Source: an uncultured Chthonomonadaceae bacterium (GTDB lineage: Bacteria > Armatimonadota > Chthonomonadetes > Chthonomonadales > Chthonomonadaceae). Taken from it: DNA of 64,000 nt. The notes below the pieces were generated by a model. It saw nothing but the letters and a program-made list of their open reading frames with translations. It did not search any database and was not told the origin of the DNA. Shown here piece by piece: positions 20,538-29,751 of the stretch (positions are counted from its first letter, which is position 1; every line of letters begins with the position of its first letter). Position numbers and translations under genes: made by a program. The DNA is taken from assembly GCA_963835065.1 (NCBI GenBank), contig CAWIEK010000049.1, forward strand, positions 448,001 to 512,000. The letters run 5' to 3'.

Positions 20538-20549
20538 ACGCGCAAGCCG

Positions 20550-20759
20550 TCACTCCGCAAACAGCGACTTATAACAGGGTCTGTCCGGCTTGCAGTCGCC
20601 GGCATGGGCGCGTTCGCCGTCCGGCCCAATGGCCTGCATAGTAAGGCTGCACCAGCAATGGTTGGTCACATCCAGCAGGTGATCCTCTTCAGTAGGCATT
20701 TCCTGCAAAAAGTAATATTTCTTGCTGCGCAGTTCCCGGCAGAAGGGACTCGTCACCAC
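20550..20759 (-). CDS. Small Cys-rich protein
   Basis: 69 aa with C..LRSK, HCWC..T...GPDG, C...RPC; GGAG RBS; same strand as the molybdoenzyme operon. Confidence 0.65.
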   Translation of the reverse strand: MVTSPFCRELRSKKYYFLQEMPTEEDHLLDVTNHCWCSLTMQAIGPDGERAHAGDCKPDRPCYKSLFAE

Positions 20760-20867
20760 TTCTTCGTGTCCACTCCCCTGTGCCGCTTGCCGTCCGTGCC
20801 TGTAGGCCGGATTCTACTGTCCGCTCATCCGTTTCCATCAAGTTTGCCATGTGCTTGCTGCTTTCCA

Positions 20868-20945
20868 CATTCGCGTTTATTCGCGTTCATTCGCGGCTAA
20901 AGTTCTTCCCGTATTTTTAGTTTGTTCCGCGTATTTCGCGGTTCT
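20868..20945. repeat. Tandem 9/10-mer arrays (ATTCGCGTTY)n and (TTCGCGTAT)-type
   Basis: Seen directly downstream of the FAD-subunit stop codon. Confidence 0.7.
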
Positions 20946-20951
20946 CTAATC

Positions 20952-21947
20952 CTAGGCAATCGCCTGCTGTATGGCGCGGCGTACCAGCGTTTTGGTCAGG
21001 GGCACTTTGTAGCCGTTTTGCGCGAGGGGTATCGCACCGGCAAGGGCGGCTTCGGCTACCGCGTGAAGCGTGTCCGCGTTGACGGCTTTGCCTTTGAGCG
21101 CGGCTTCGGCTTTGGGCGCGCGCCACGGAATGGGAGCCACGCCGCCAAGCACGATCCGCGAATCCGTCACTTTGCCCCCACTGACCGTGAGCGCAACCGC
21201 GCAGGCCGACATCGCCCAATCCATAGACATCTTTTCGCGGAACTTCAGGTACGCGCTATGCGCGGCAAGCGGCGAGGCGGGAACCAGTATCGCCGTGACG
21301 ATCTCATTAGGCTTGAGAATGTTTTCCCGCAGGACGTTTTTGGTCGGCAGAATAAAGAACTGCTCCAACAGCACGTTGCGCGTTCCCGTTGGCCCGGCAA
21401 TCGTTACGCTTGCGCCGAGCGCCACAAGCGCCGTTGCCGTGTCGGACGGATGCACGATAAACGACGGTCCACCGCCCAAGATGGCGTTGTACTTGTTCTC
21501 GCCCGCCGCCGCATAGCACCGGTCGCCGCCTTTTTTCAGGCACACGATATGCTCGTTACGGTAATACCAGCAGCGCGGGCGCTGGCATAAATTCCCGCCC
21601 ATCGTACCCGCATGGCGTATCTGCGGCGAACCGATCACTTCCGCCGCCTGCGCCAGCGCGGGGAAATACTGACGCGCGGGCTGAAATTCGGCCACTTCCG
21701 CCACTTTGACGAGCGCCCCGATATGCAGCCCCGTTTTACCGTCGTAGTGTATGGTGTCTAAGCCGGGGATATGTTTCAGGTTGACAACGGCCTCCGGCTC
21801 AACCAGATGGTCTTTCATTTCCGTCAGCAAGTCCTGCCCGCCCGCCATCACGCGGATGCGGCGATTGCCGACGTCTTGCGCATCCAAAAGGCTGATCGCC
21901 TCCTTGACGCTGCCGGGATTATGCAAATCAAACGAGTTCATGCTCAT
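20952..21947 (-). CDS. Xanthine dehydrogenase-family FAD subunit, PaoB/YagS-like with 4Fe-4S insert
   Basis: AGGQDL, SPQIRHAGTMGGN, CQRPRCWYYR...CLKKGGDRC, LGGVAPIPWR, NGYKV. Confidence 0.92.
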   Translation of the reverse strand: MSMNSFDLHNPGSVKEAISLLDAQDVGNRRIRVMAGGQDLLTEMKDHLVEPEAVVNLKHIPGLDTIHYDGKTGLHIGALVKVAEVAEFQPARQYFPALAQAAEVIGSPQIRHAGTMGGNLCQRPRCWYYRNEHIVCLKKGGDRCYAAAGENKYNAILGGGPSFIVHPSDTATALVALGASVTIAGPTGTRNVLLEQFFILPTKNVLRENILKPNEIVTAILVPASPLAAHSAYLKFREKMSMDWAMSACAVALTVSGGKVTDSRIVLGGVAPIPWRAPKAEAALKGKAVNADTLHAVAEAALAGAIPLAQNGYKVPLTKTLVRRAIQQAIA

Positions 21948-22017
21948 ATTTTATCTCACTGCCATGCCGCGCCCGATGGCTGTACGGCAAAAATCCTTGT
22001 GCGCGACATGGGACACG

Positions 22018-22650
22018 TCAGCGCATTGCCCACCGCCGCAGATAAAACAACACCTGCCCGACAGCCAGCAGCAGCCCGCCGAGTATCATGGCAATCCCCA
22101 GGCCAAGCGACGGATGTTTGCCTTCCTGAAGGAGGACATAATTGGGCGCAAGCGAGTTGTCCAGTTTCGCCAGTTCCGCGCGGGTTGTCGTGTCTTCGTT
22201 CAAGCCGGTTTTCAGCATACCTTCGACGTCTCGCTTCGGGAATACGCGCTCCTTGTTGTCGGTGAGGTATTTCAGAGCCGCCTTGTCGTCCGTGATGCCC
22301 CGCGTGTCCCGAACCGTGTCCAGAATCGCCGGGTCAGTTGTTTCTACGAGCAGCAAGGTTTTCACGTCCTTGTCACTCAGCAGGTCATCTTCAGAAATAA
22401 TCGGCACGAACGCTTTCTTGAGGGTGTGGGTGGTTTTGTCTTCCTCGAACGCGGCGTCCGTCACGTTAAGCTGCGCGTTCTTGATGTGGAACCAGCCCTC
22501 TTTCGGCATCTCTTTCTTGAACTGCTCGAAGGTGAGTTCGCGCGCAGAGCGGAAGCGCAGGCTTTCCGTAGTCTCGATATAGCCAAACAGCAGCAGACAC
22601 CCCGTAGCGATAATTGCTCCAAGCGCAAGACGAATAGAAATTCCTCGCAT
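22018..22650 (-). CDS. Hypothetical protein with N- and C-terminal TM helices
   Basis: 210-aa ORF with AAGGAG RBS, lying inside the molybdoenzyme operon. Confidence 0.65.
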   Translation of the reverse strand: MRGISIRLALGAIIATGCLLLFGYIETTESLRFRSARELTFEQFKKEMPKEGWFHIKNAQLNVTDAAFEEDKTTHTLKKAFVPIISEDDLLSDKDVKTLLLVETTDPAILDTVRDTRGITDDKAALKYLTDNKERVFPKRDVEGMLKTGLNEDTTTRAELAKLDNSLAPNYVLLQEGKHPSLGLGIAMILGGLLLAVGQVLFYLRRWAMR

Positions 22651-22703
22651 GTCAGTCTCCTTACCGGCAGCGTGATGCCAGCCACAAGCCTTCTTCAGAA
22701 TAG

Positions 22704-22788
22704 ACAGGATTAAGTAAGATTCAAAGATCAGTTTTTCCCTATCTCCCCCTTCTCCTCTCCCCGTGTCCCCCGTGTTCCCCGTGGTTTA
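22704..22788. repeat. Nonamer arrays (CCCCGTGTY)n plus degenerate AGGATT units
   Basis: CTCCCCGTGTCCCCCGTGTTCCCCGTGG next to the Mo-subunit stop codon. Confidence 0.6.
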
Positions 22789-25029
22789 TGATTTCTTCCG
22801 GCGCATTGCTTCCAGCCCGTCCAGAATTTTGTCGGGCGTGATGGGCAGGCTGTTGACGCGGATGCCGCAGGCATTGTAAACCGCGTTGGCAATCGCGCTT
22901 GCGCCCGGAATAGCGGCAGGTTCGGCCATGCCGATGACCACGTCGCGGGTGTCGCCGTCGTCAATCAGCGGGATCATTTCGGGCATTTCCAGACAGCCGG
23001 GCAGTTTGTACTCGTCCATTGTAAGGTTGAGCATGTTGCCCGTATACTCGTCTACGACGTGCTTTTCCAGTAGCGCATAACCCAACGCCTGTATCATGCC
23101 GCCGTTAAGTTGGCTTTGCACGGCGCGGCGGTTGAGCGGCAGGCCGCAGTCCTGTACTCCGACCATTTTCAACACGCGGACTTGCCCCGTATCCAGATCA
23201 ACTTCCACTTCGGCAAACTGCGCCCCATGTATGCCGCCGCCCGACAGTCCCGGCTTCCATTCGCCATGCGCGGCAAGCCCGCTCGCGCCCAATGTCGCGC
23301 AGGCTTGTTTCCACGTCAAGGCTTTGTTCGGGTTTTGTTTGGCGTAGATTTTGCCGCCTTCGGCAACCAAATCTTCCGGTTTGGCGTTCAGGGCGGGAGC
23401 CACTTTTGCGAACATCAGCAGGCGGGCGTTGTATGCGGCATCTTTTACGGCAGGCGCGAGGGAAGCCGTTGTCGTGCTGCCGCCGGATGGATTGGACATG
23501 CCATACGTGCTGCGCCCGATCCGCGCTTCGACAGATTTCAGCGGCAGCCCGAACTCTTCAGCGACAATCGCCGAGATATATGTGCGTGTTCCCGTGCCTA
23601 AATCCTGCGAGCCGACCTGCGCCACAATGGTTCCGTCCGACTTGATGAACACGTCTACCTGATTGGATGGCCCGCCGCCGCCGCCCCATGTCGCCATGCC
23701 GCAGCCCATGCCGCGCTTGCACGACTTGTATTTTCCAGACAGTTCACCGCCACCGGGTGTCTTGGGGCGCTTTTCCCATCCAATCTCTTTCGCGCCCATG
23801 TCCAATTGCCGATGAAACGCCATATCCTGCGTGTTCTTTTTGCGGAACTCAATCGGGTCCATGTTGATTTTGGCGGCAAGGTCGTCTACGAGCGATTCCA
23901 TCGCAAACGACACCTGCGGATGCCCCGGCCCGCGCATGGACAATGACGAATCCTGATGCGTGTTGACGTGCGACTTGTCCCGGTAGACGTTTTCCACGCG
24001 ATAAATGTACGGCAGCCCCGCCAATCCGCCCTGCCCTAAGCCGCCCAATTCGTACTGCTCGGTGCGCAGGGCGATCAATCTGCCGTCTTTGCTTGCGCCC
24101 GCTTTTACCTTTTGCACGGCTCCGTTGCGGTTGCCGCCCATGAGAAACTCTTCGGGCCGGTTCAGCATTAACTTCACGGGCGCTTTGGCCTGCTTGCTCA
24201 GTTGGCAGGCGACACCGCCGGGTAGCATCAGGCCGAACTTGCTGCCGAACCCGCCGCCCATATGTTCCACAACGGAAACCACATTGGGCGCTTTCAGTCC
24301 CAACGCGCTCGCCGCTTCGCCCGGTATGGAAAACGTCCACTGCGTACTGGCGTAAACCGTTGCCGTATCGCCGCCCCGGTAATCCACGACAACGCCATGC
24401 GTTTCCAGACACACGTGATGCTGCATCGTGATTTCGTATTCGGCTTCCACAATCGCGTCGCAATGCTCGAACGCCTTGTCCACGTCCTTCAAGTCGCCGC
24501 GCTTTTCGTCGTTTTGGACGTTGCCTTTTTGCCCGCGCTTGTACACTTCCGGCGCATCGGGTCGAATGGCCTGCGCATACGTAACCGCGTGAGGCCGCTT
24601 CTTGTACTCGACTTTAATAGCGCGTATGGCATCTTCGGCGATTTCGGGCGTAATGGCGGCAACGGCGGCAATCGGGTCGCCCTCGTACTTGGCTTCCTTC
24701 TTGCCCATGTTGATAACGGCCTTGACGCCGCTCATCTTCTCCGCCGCGCTCGTATCCACGCTGACGACTTCGGCGCTGGCATGGGGCGAATGGAGGATGC
24801 GCCCGTACAACATGCCCGGAACCCGCACGTCATACGTATACTTCGCCATGCCGCTTGCTTTGGCCGGCCCGTCCAATCGCTCCAGATCGGTGTTGAGCAG
24901 TTTGTGGCTGCCCCGCGCCCCCCAGGTCAGCCCGCCCACATCGTCAACTTCGATCTCCACGAGCGTATCCTGCCCGTTGACGACGCGCGGCACTTTTATC
25001 TTTTTCTTTTTCGGCGGTGTTGTTTGCAT
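22786..25029 (-). CDS. Xanthine dehydrogenase-family molybdopterin-binding subunit (PaoC/YagR-like)
   Basis: RLDGPAKASG, GGGFGSK, SMRGPGHPQ, QDLGTG, GGSTT, QLNGGMIQALG, GMAEP. Confidence 0.93.
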   Translation of the reverse strand: MQTTPPKKKKIKVPRVVNGQDTLVEIEVDDVGGLTWGARGSHKLLNTDLERLDGPAKASGMAKYTYDVRVPGMLYGRILHSPHASAEVVSVDTSAAEKMSGVKAVINMGKKEAKYEGDPIAAVAAITPEIAEDAIRAIKVEYKKRPHAVTYAQAIRPDAPEVYKRGQKGNVQNDEKRGDLKDVDKAFEHCDAIVEAEYEITMQHHVCLETHGVVVDYRGGDTATVYASTQWTFSIPGEAASALGLKAPNVVSVVEHMGGGFGSKFGLMLPGGVACQLSKQAKAPVKLMLNRPEEFLMGGNRNGAVQKVKAGASKDGRLIALRTEQYELGGLGQGGLAGLPYIYRVENVYRDKSHVNTHQDSSLSMRGPGHPQVSFAMESLVDDLAAKINMDPIEFRKKNTQDMAFHRQLDMGAKEIGWEKRPKTPGGGELSGKYKSCKRGMGCGMATWGGGGGPSNQVDVFIKSDGTIVAQVGSQDLGTGTRTYISAIVAEEFGLPLKSVEARIGRSTYGMSNPSGGSTTTASLAPAVKDAAYNARLLMFAKVAPALNAKPEDLVAEGGKIYAKQNPNKALTWKQACATLGASGLAAHGEWKPGLSGGGIHGAQFAEVEVDLDTGQVRVLKMVGVQDCGLPLNRRAVQSQLNGGMIQALGYALLEKHVVDEYTGNMLNLTMDEYKLPGCLEMPEMIPLIDDGDTRDVVIGMAEPAAIPGASAIANAVYNACGIRVNSLPITPDKILDGLEAMRRKKS

Positions 25030-25041
25030 GGTAAACCTCAG

Positions 25042-25143
25042 AGGTTTCAGGTTTCAGGTGTCAGGTGTCAGGGAAATGCTTTCTCCATATAAACTTTGAC
25101 AAGAGCAAAGACGTTCTTCCCTGACACCTGAAACCTGAAACCT
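25042..25143. repeat. Inverted heptamer-array element (AGGTKTC)4 ... (GAMACCT)3
   Basis: Arms between the 2Fe-2S and Mo subunit genes. Confidence 0.9.
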
Positions 25144-25144
25144 T

Positions 25145-25800
25145 CTACCCTTTCTTCGCCGCAGCCAGGGCCGCTTCAAAAATATGCGGATACGTTCCGC
25201 AGCGACAGACGTTGCCCGCGCAGGCTTTTTGCACGTCCTCGCGGGTCGGGTTCGGGTTGTGCTGCAAAAGCGCGTGGATGGACGTGATAAACCGGGCGTA
25301 CAAAAGCCGCACATCAGGGCGTCATGCTCCACGAACGCCTGCTGTACGGGGCTGAGTTGGCCGCTTGGCGTCAGCATCCCCTCTACAGTGGTGATCTGTT
25401 TTCCGGCCACGTCTACCGCTAATAACATGCAGGCATACATGGTTTTGCCGTCCACCAGCACGGTACACGCGCCACACGCGCCCTGATCGCATACCAGTTT
25501 GGGGCCGGTCACGGGCGGCTCGGCATGGTTGCGCAGGGCGTTGACAAGGGTAGTGCGCGGCTCAACCTGCATCGTCATAGCCTTGCCGTTGACATTGAGC
25601 GTGACGTTCTGAAAGCCTTTTTTCAGCGTTGCGGTTTCCGCCGCTTTGCCGAGGGGCGCGGCGTCCGCTTCTTTGGGCAGCAGAAGTTCCGCGCCCAGCG
25701 TGGTTCCGGCTCCGGCCACGCCCAGCCCGCGTAAAAATTGGCGGCGATTGACGCCGTTGGTTGGTTTATCGTTGGGTTCGTTTGGTTCGTTATCCGGCAT
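25145..25800 (-). CDS. Tat-exported 2Fe-2S subunit (PaoA/YagT-like; indel near 25288)
   Basis: VNRRQFLRGLG twin-arginine signal; CDQGACGACTV, MCGFCTPG, then GNVCRCGTY in the shifted frame. Confidence 0.9.
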
Positions 25801-25834
25801 AAACGTGTCTTTCGCTGCGGTCATAGAATGGAAA

Positions 25835-25940
25835 GTGTTCAAGCGCCTTTCCCAAAAGGGCGGCATTGGCGTCTGTAGGACGCTTGACCTTTCCTGCCGG
25901 GTACTTTCAGTACCCGGCCAACGGGGAGAGGCTCTCAGAT
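25835..25940 (-). ncRNA. Candidate Moco RNA motif (riboswitch-like leader)
   Basis: Minus strand has the hairpin GCCGGGTAC-TGAAA-GTACCCGGC and the bulged hairpin GCCGCCC-TTTT-GGGAAAGGC, like the CCUCCC/GGAAAGG terminal stem of the Moco motif; lies directly upstream of a molybdoenzyme operon. Confidence 0.45.
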
Positions 25941-26084
25941 GCAAAACAGACAAAACGCATCAAGGAAATATGTAGATGCCATTCTCCTGCGTAGATACGC
26001 TGTGGAACAGGCAAATTCCTTCACTTACGGGAAAAAGAAGTATTTTTTTCTACGCGCCCTGCCGTTCTATTCAGGTCACAAGGA

Positions 26085-26714
26085 TCAACTTAAAACGTCG
26101 TCGGGCAGGCGGAGCAGTTCGCGCCTTGCGTCCGCGCCTATTTTGGCGTCGAGCCATTCCGCGAAGGCTACCTGCGACGCGAGTTGTTCGGTCAAAGAGG
26201 GTTCGACAATCGTAACGTCCACGCTCTCCGGCCACTCGAAATAGCCGAAGAGAGTTATGCGCTCACCGTCCGGCGCGTACAGGGCGCGCAGCCACGACTT
26301 TCGCGTACGCCGCAGATCGCGCAACCACTCCGTTCCCGTAAACTGATTATGCTGGAGGATAATCGCGCAACCTTGCCGCAAATACTGTTTCTCGCCGCGC
26401 GTAAGCAGATGCTGAAAATCTCCGCTGAAGGTGATATGCCCGCTGCTCTGTCCGTCACTCGCATAATAGTGGACAATGACACATTCCTGCATAAACAGCG
26501 AAGGGGTAGCCTGACACATCCAGCGCGTGACGCGCCGGAGTTCTTCTTTGGAACCGCAAAGAAACGTGAGCGGTTTTCCGGGTCCGGGGTTGAGCCGAAA
26601 CCAGTTTTGGAATTTGTACCAGAAGCGGGCAAAGCGGTCCTTCATCTGCCTGCATCCCTTTAATAGACCTCTTTTATAAGTCGTTGCAAGTACGGCAAGC
26701 CTTATTTCATCCAA
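26085..26714 (-). CDS. Hypothetical protein
   Basis: 209-aa ORF, co-oriented with its neighbours; no motif recognised. Confidence 0.55.
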   Translation of the reverse strand: MDEIRLAVLATTYKRGLLKGCRQMKDRFARFWYKFQNWFRLNPGPGKPLTFLCGSKEELRRVTRWMCQATPSLFMQECVIVHYYASDGQSSGHITFSGDFQHLLTRGEKQYLRQGCAIILQHNQFTGTEWLRDLRRTRKSWLRALYAPDGERITLFGYFEWPESVDVTIVEPSLTEQLASQVAFAEWLDAKIGADARRELLRLPDDVLS

Positions 26715-26733
26715 CAGACTTTATGAAAGAGGG

Positions 26734-27381
26734 CTAATGTTTTGCTGTCGGGGCGGAGGATTTTTCCAATGGGCGGTAGACGCGCAGCCAACCGGCGGAA
26801 AGGTCCGGCAGGGTGTACACGTTTTCGGTCACATACAGTTTATCACCCCAATTTTGCTCCAAAACCTTGCAGGTCGCGCCATCTTCGCTCACTTGTTGGA
26901 TGACGGCGGTATGGTGATGCGTTGTGATGTGATAAATGCTTTGCCCGCGCCTGCCGTGAAATTCCGCATCCCGGAACTGAATGATGTCCCCGGCTTTCAC
27001 ATTGGTGCGGCGATGCTTGTCCAGGCTTTTCCCTGCCTCGCTCACTTCCAGACTCTGCTTGCCGTCTTTAACTTCGAGTTTGCAGAGGAGTGTGCCCCAA
27101 ACGTAATCGCCGCTTGCCGGAGCGTCTTTGAAATGCGTTTCCGCTCCGGCAGCCGCCAGCGCATCAGCGGCAAGCGCGGTACACTGCCCATCCCCTACCC
27201 TCTTTCCCAGCCGTTCACGGCAAAAGCGAACCATGCGCTCATTCAAATCTGCCGGTTGCGTCAGCTTCTGTTTGGAGGAGGCCGCAGACGAATTGCCGGC
27301 TTGCGCGACGGCAACAACAGTGCCAGCCATCAACAGCCCGGCTATAGCGGCACATCGCAGCATCCAACGTTGATATTTCAA
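26734..27381 (-). CDS. Exported papain-fold (CHAP/NlpC-P60-like) cysteine hydrolase
   Basis: GAGGAGGAG RBS, signal peptide, VGDGQCTALA, YVWG, GDIIQF, HHTAVI, VLEQN. Confidence 0.7.
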   Translation of the reverse strand: MKYQRWMLRCAAIAGLLMAGTVVAVAQAGNSSAASSKQKLTQPADLNERMVRFCRERLGKRVGDGQCTALAADALAAAGAETHFKDAPASGDYVWGTLLCKLEVKDGKQSLEVSEAGKSLDKHRRTNVKAGDIIQFRDAEFHGRRGQSIYHITTHHHTAVIQQVSEDGATCKVLEQNWGDKLYVTENVYTLPDLSAGWLRVYRPLEKSSAPTAKH

Positions 27382-27811
27382 AACTCCTCCTCATGCTAAG
27401 GGTTCGTATTTTTAACTTCAGAAAAAACACAGAAAAAAGAGCAAAATAACGCAAAACAAACGAACCCTTTGCCCCATTCAGCCGTCTAAACAGTAGAACA
27501 ACGTCTACTACACAGATGTTATACCCACAGGAAGGCTTAGCGTTCGCAGTTCCTATCAACTATCACACTATCAACTAAGAAGGGAGGTGCAAGTCCTATG
27601 TTTCACCCCTCCCGTTCGCCCTGACGCTGCGAGGTCACGACGCCTCTCTCCTACAATTTGACACAATGAGACATCGGGCTGGAAGCGCTGTATTGCCAAG
27701 ATTTCGACGATGACTCTACATACCCTTTTTTCTAATCGTTTTTCTTCTTTTCAACATTTGTCTACTTGCAGCAATCCTGCCTTAACAGCCTCAACTTTGC
27801 TTGGAACGCGC

Positions 27812-27845
27812 AAGGACAGCGCAATCTTTTGCGCTGTCCTTTATT
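27812..27845. terminator. Intrinsic terminator-like hairpin
   Basis: AAGGACAGCGCAA-TCTT-TTGCGCTGTCCTT perfect stem followed by TATT. Confidence 0.65.
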
Positions 27846-27982
27846 ATACGCGAGGAATGGCTGCGAATAGCAAGCGCCTCACGACAACTTGTCGCATACC
27901 CGATCAAGCAGATGCTCGGTTAACACGCTTATCGCGTATCCGATCAAGCAGTATCAGACTTTCGCGTCTGCAACAGGCGCGT

Positions 27983-29572
27983 TTACTGCACCGTGAACGC
28001 TTGAATCGGGCTGACGGAGATGGAGGAGCCGACGGACGGGTCGTTGTTGGCGGGGGCGTACTGCGCCAGTACCACCACATAATAGGTATGGCCGGATTGC
28101 AGGGCCGGGCCGTTGTAGGTGGTCTGCGTGGTCGGCGCGGACACCAGGCTGCTGCCGGGCGTGTCGCTAAACTGCGGCCAGATGGGAACTACGCCGCCGT
28201 TGTTTGACTGCAAATCCGGGAAACGGTCATAGACGAGTACCTGATAATCGCCCGCGTTGTTGACCCCATTCCAGGTAAAGGTGGGCGTGGCGTTCGTGTT
28301 GGCGTTGGGCGAAGGTGACTGCACCTGAATGGCGTTGAGCGGCGAAACTTGAATGGTCACGTCGGCGGGGTTGCTGTTGCTGGTCTGGCTGTTGTTCGGG
28401 AAGTTGATGGTGTCGAGCCGCCCGACATTGTAGAAGTAACTGGTTCCGGGCGTCAACACCGGGTCCAGATCGTCGTAACGGTCGGCAAGCGGGTCGCGCA
28501 GGGTGGCAATGTCCTGAAAATTAGAATTGCCGCCGATGGCGCGGACGATGCTGTACCCGAACAGGTTGTTCAAGTCCTCAAAATCCCAGACGAGATCGGT
28601 TTCAATCAGCGAACCGGCAGGCGTCGTTCGCGTGGTCGTATTGCGCTTCCACGTTTTGTTGGCGCTCGCAAAACGGTTCTGCTTGAAGCCGCGCTTGTTT
28701 AACACGTAGGCTTTGATGGCATCCATCACGCTGTTGCCCGATTTGCCGGATATGCTGCGCGTGGGCGAGGCGGGAAACGTGAAACTGAACGCGCCGAAGT
28801 TTGCGACGGCAGGCAGTTGCGGGCTGGTCGTGGACGCGCTCAGGTTGAAATTGACATTACTGAGACTGGTATTGGTCAGGGTAAGATTGGCAGCGCTCTG
28901 GTTCAGATGGCCGGGATAGGAGGCGACGGCGGTATACGTGACTCCTCTGGGCAGATTGGGAACGGAGTAATTGCCGCCTGTGTCCGCATACACGGCAAAC
29001 GAGCTGAAGTTGGTAAAAGCCAGTCCGCCATTGCTCTGCTGCGCCGGGCCGGGCGCGATAAACACGCGGGCGTTCGGAAGCGCCTGATTGCCCGCATCCC
29101 GCACGGTTCCGCTGATGGTTCCCTGATTGGCGCTGTCGGAAACGACAAGGTTAATGTTGGCGGTGTTGGCCTCGCCGGTAAGAACTTCGACGGTATTCTG
29201 CCCGGAAAACGCGCGTCCGCTAATGGTCGCGGTGGCGGATACGGTTGTCACCAGGGAGGCTTGATTGGCGGGAACGGTGATGTTGGCGATGGAATATACG
29301 CCGCCCTGAGACGTGGTTGCGGTCTTGCCGGCAATGGTGACTTTCGCGCCGATAACGGGAGCGCCGTCAATATCCGTGACCGCGCCGGAAACAAGGCTGG
29401 TCGTGGCGGGCGTTCCGGGCGAGGGATTGTTGACTTTGTTTCCGCCCCCGCCGCAGCCCGTCAGCGCGCCAAAGCCAATCAACAGGGCAGTGGGAACAAG
29501 GACGCAAATCGAGTAAGCAGGCCGCTTCAAGGCTGTCGTGCGCGCGGCCAGGCGCGTTCGTGATGATTGCAT
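27983..29572 (-). CDS. Lipoprotein with carboxypeptidase-regulatory-like and FN3/Ig-like domains
   Basis: Lipobox ALTG-C followed by GGGG; VSGAVTD...GAKVTI and ISGTVRD...PNARVFI repeats; beta-rich C-terminus. Confidence 0.8.
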   Translation of the reverse strand: MQSSRTRLAARTTALKRPAYSICVLVPTALLIGFGALTGCGGGGNKVNNPSPGTPATTSLVSGAVTDIDGAPVIGAKVTIAGKTATTSQGGVYSIANITVPANQASLVTTVSATATISGRAFSGQNTVEVLTGEANTANINLVVSDSANQGTISGTVRDAGNQALPNARVFIAPGPAQQSNGGLAFTNFSSFAVYADTGGNYSVPNLPRGVTYTAVASYPGHLNQSAANLTLTNTSLSNVNFNLSASTTSPQLPAVANFGAFSFTFPASPTRSISGKSGNSVMDAIKAYVLNKRGFKQNRFASANKTWKRNTTTRTTPAGSLIETDLVWDFEDLNNLFGYSIVRAIGGNSNFQDIATLRDPLADRYDDLDPVLTPGTSYFYNVGRLDTINFPNNSQTSNSNPADVTIQVSPLNAIQVQSPSPNANTNATPTFTWNGVNNAGDYQVLVYDRFPDLQSNNGGVVPIWPQFSDTPGSSLVSAPTTQTTYNGPALQSGHTYYVVVLAQYAPANNDPSVGSSISVSPIQAFTVQ

Positions 29573-29751
29573 AATACAGAAGTTCTCCTTTGGGGGAAAT
29601 AGGGGTTTGACAAATACAGGCTGTGCTGTCTTGTATTACGCAGGCGAGAAGGGTTTTGTGACACGGGCACAGTCGCGCAGAATTCAAATCAAACGCGGTA
29701 TTCCCTACCCAACGCCTTTAGCCAGCGCAAGACAGGCGTTTTCAACACCTA

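Noticed and set aside
22786..25029. Aerobic CO dehydrogenase (CoxL) or true xanthine dehydrogenase
   Set aside because: The active-site loop is SMRGPG, not AYxCSFR, AYRGAGR or FRGFG; the Tat signal and the 4Fe-4S FAD subunit point to a PaoABC-like enzyme.
27580..27720. c-di-AMP, ZTP or 6S RNA assignment
   Set aside because: Only short fragments resemble those consensus sequences; key conserved segments were not found by eye.
27892..27951. Mini-CRISPR or iteron array
   Set aside because: Only two imperfect 20-bp copies with a 20-bp gap, and no associated genes.
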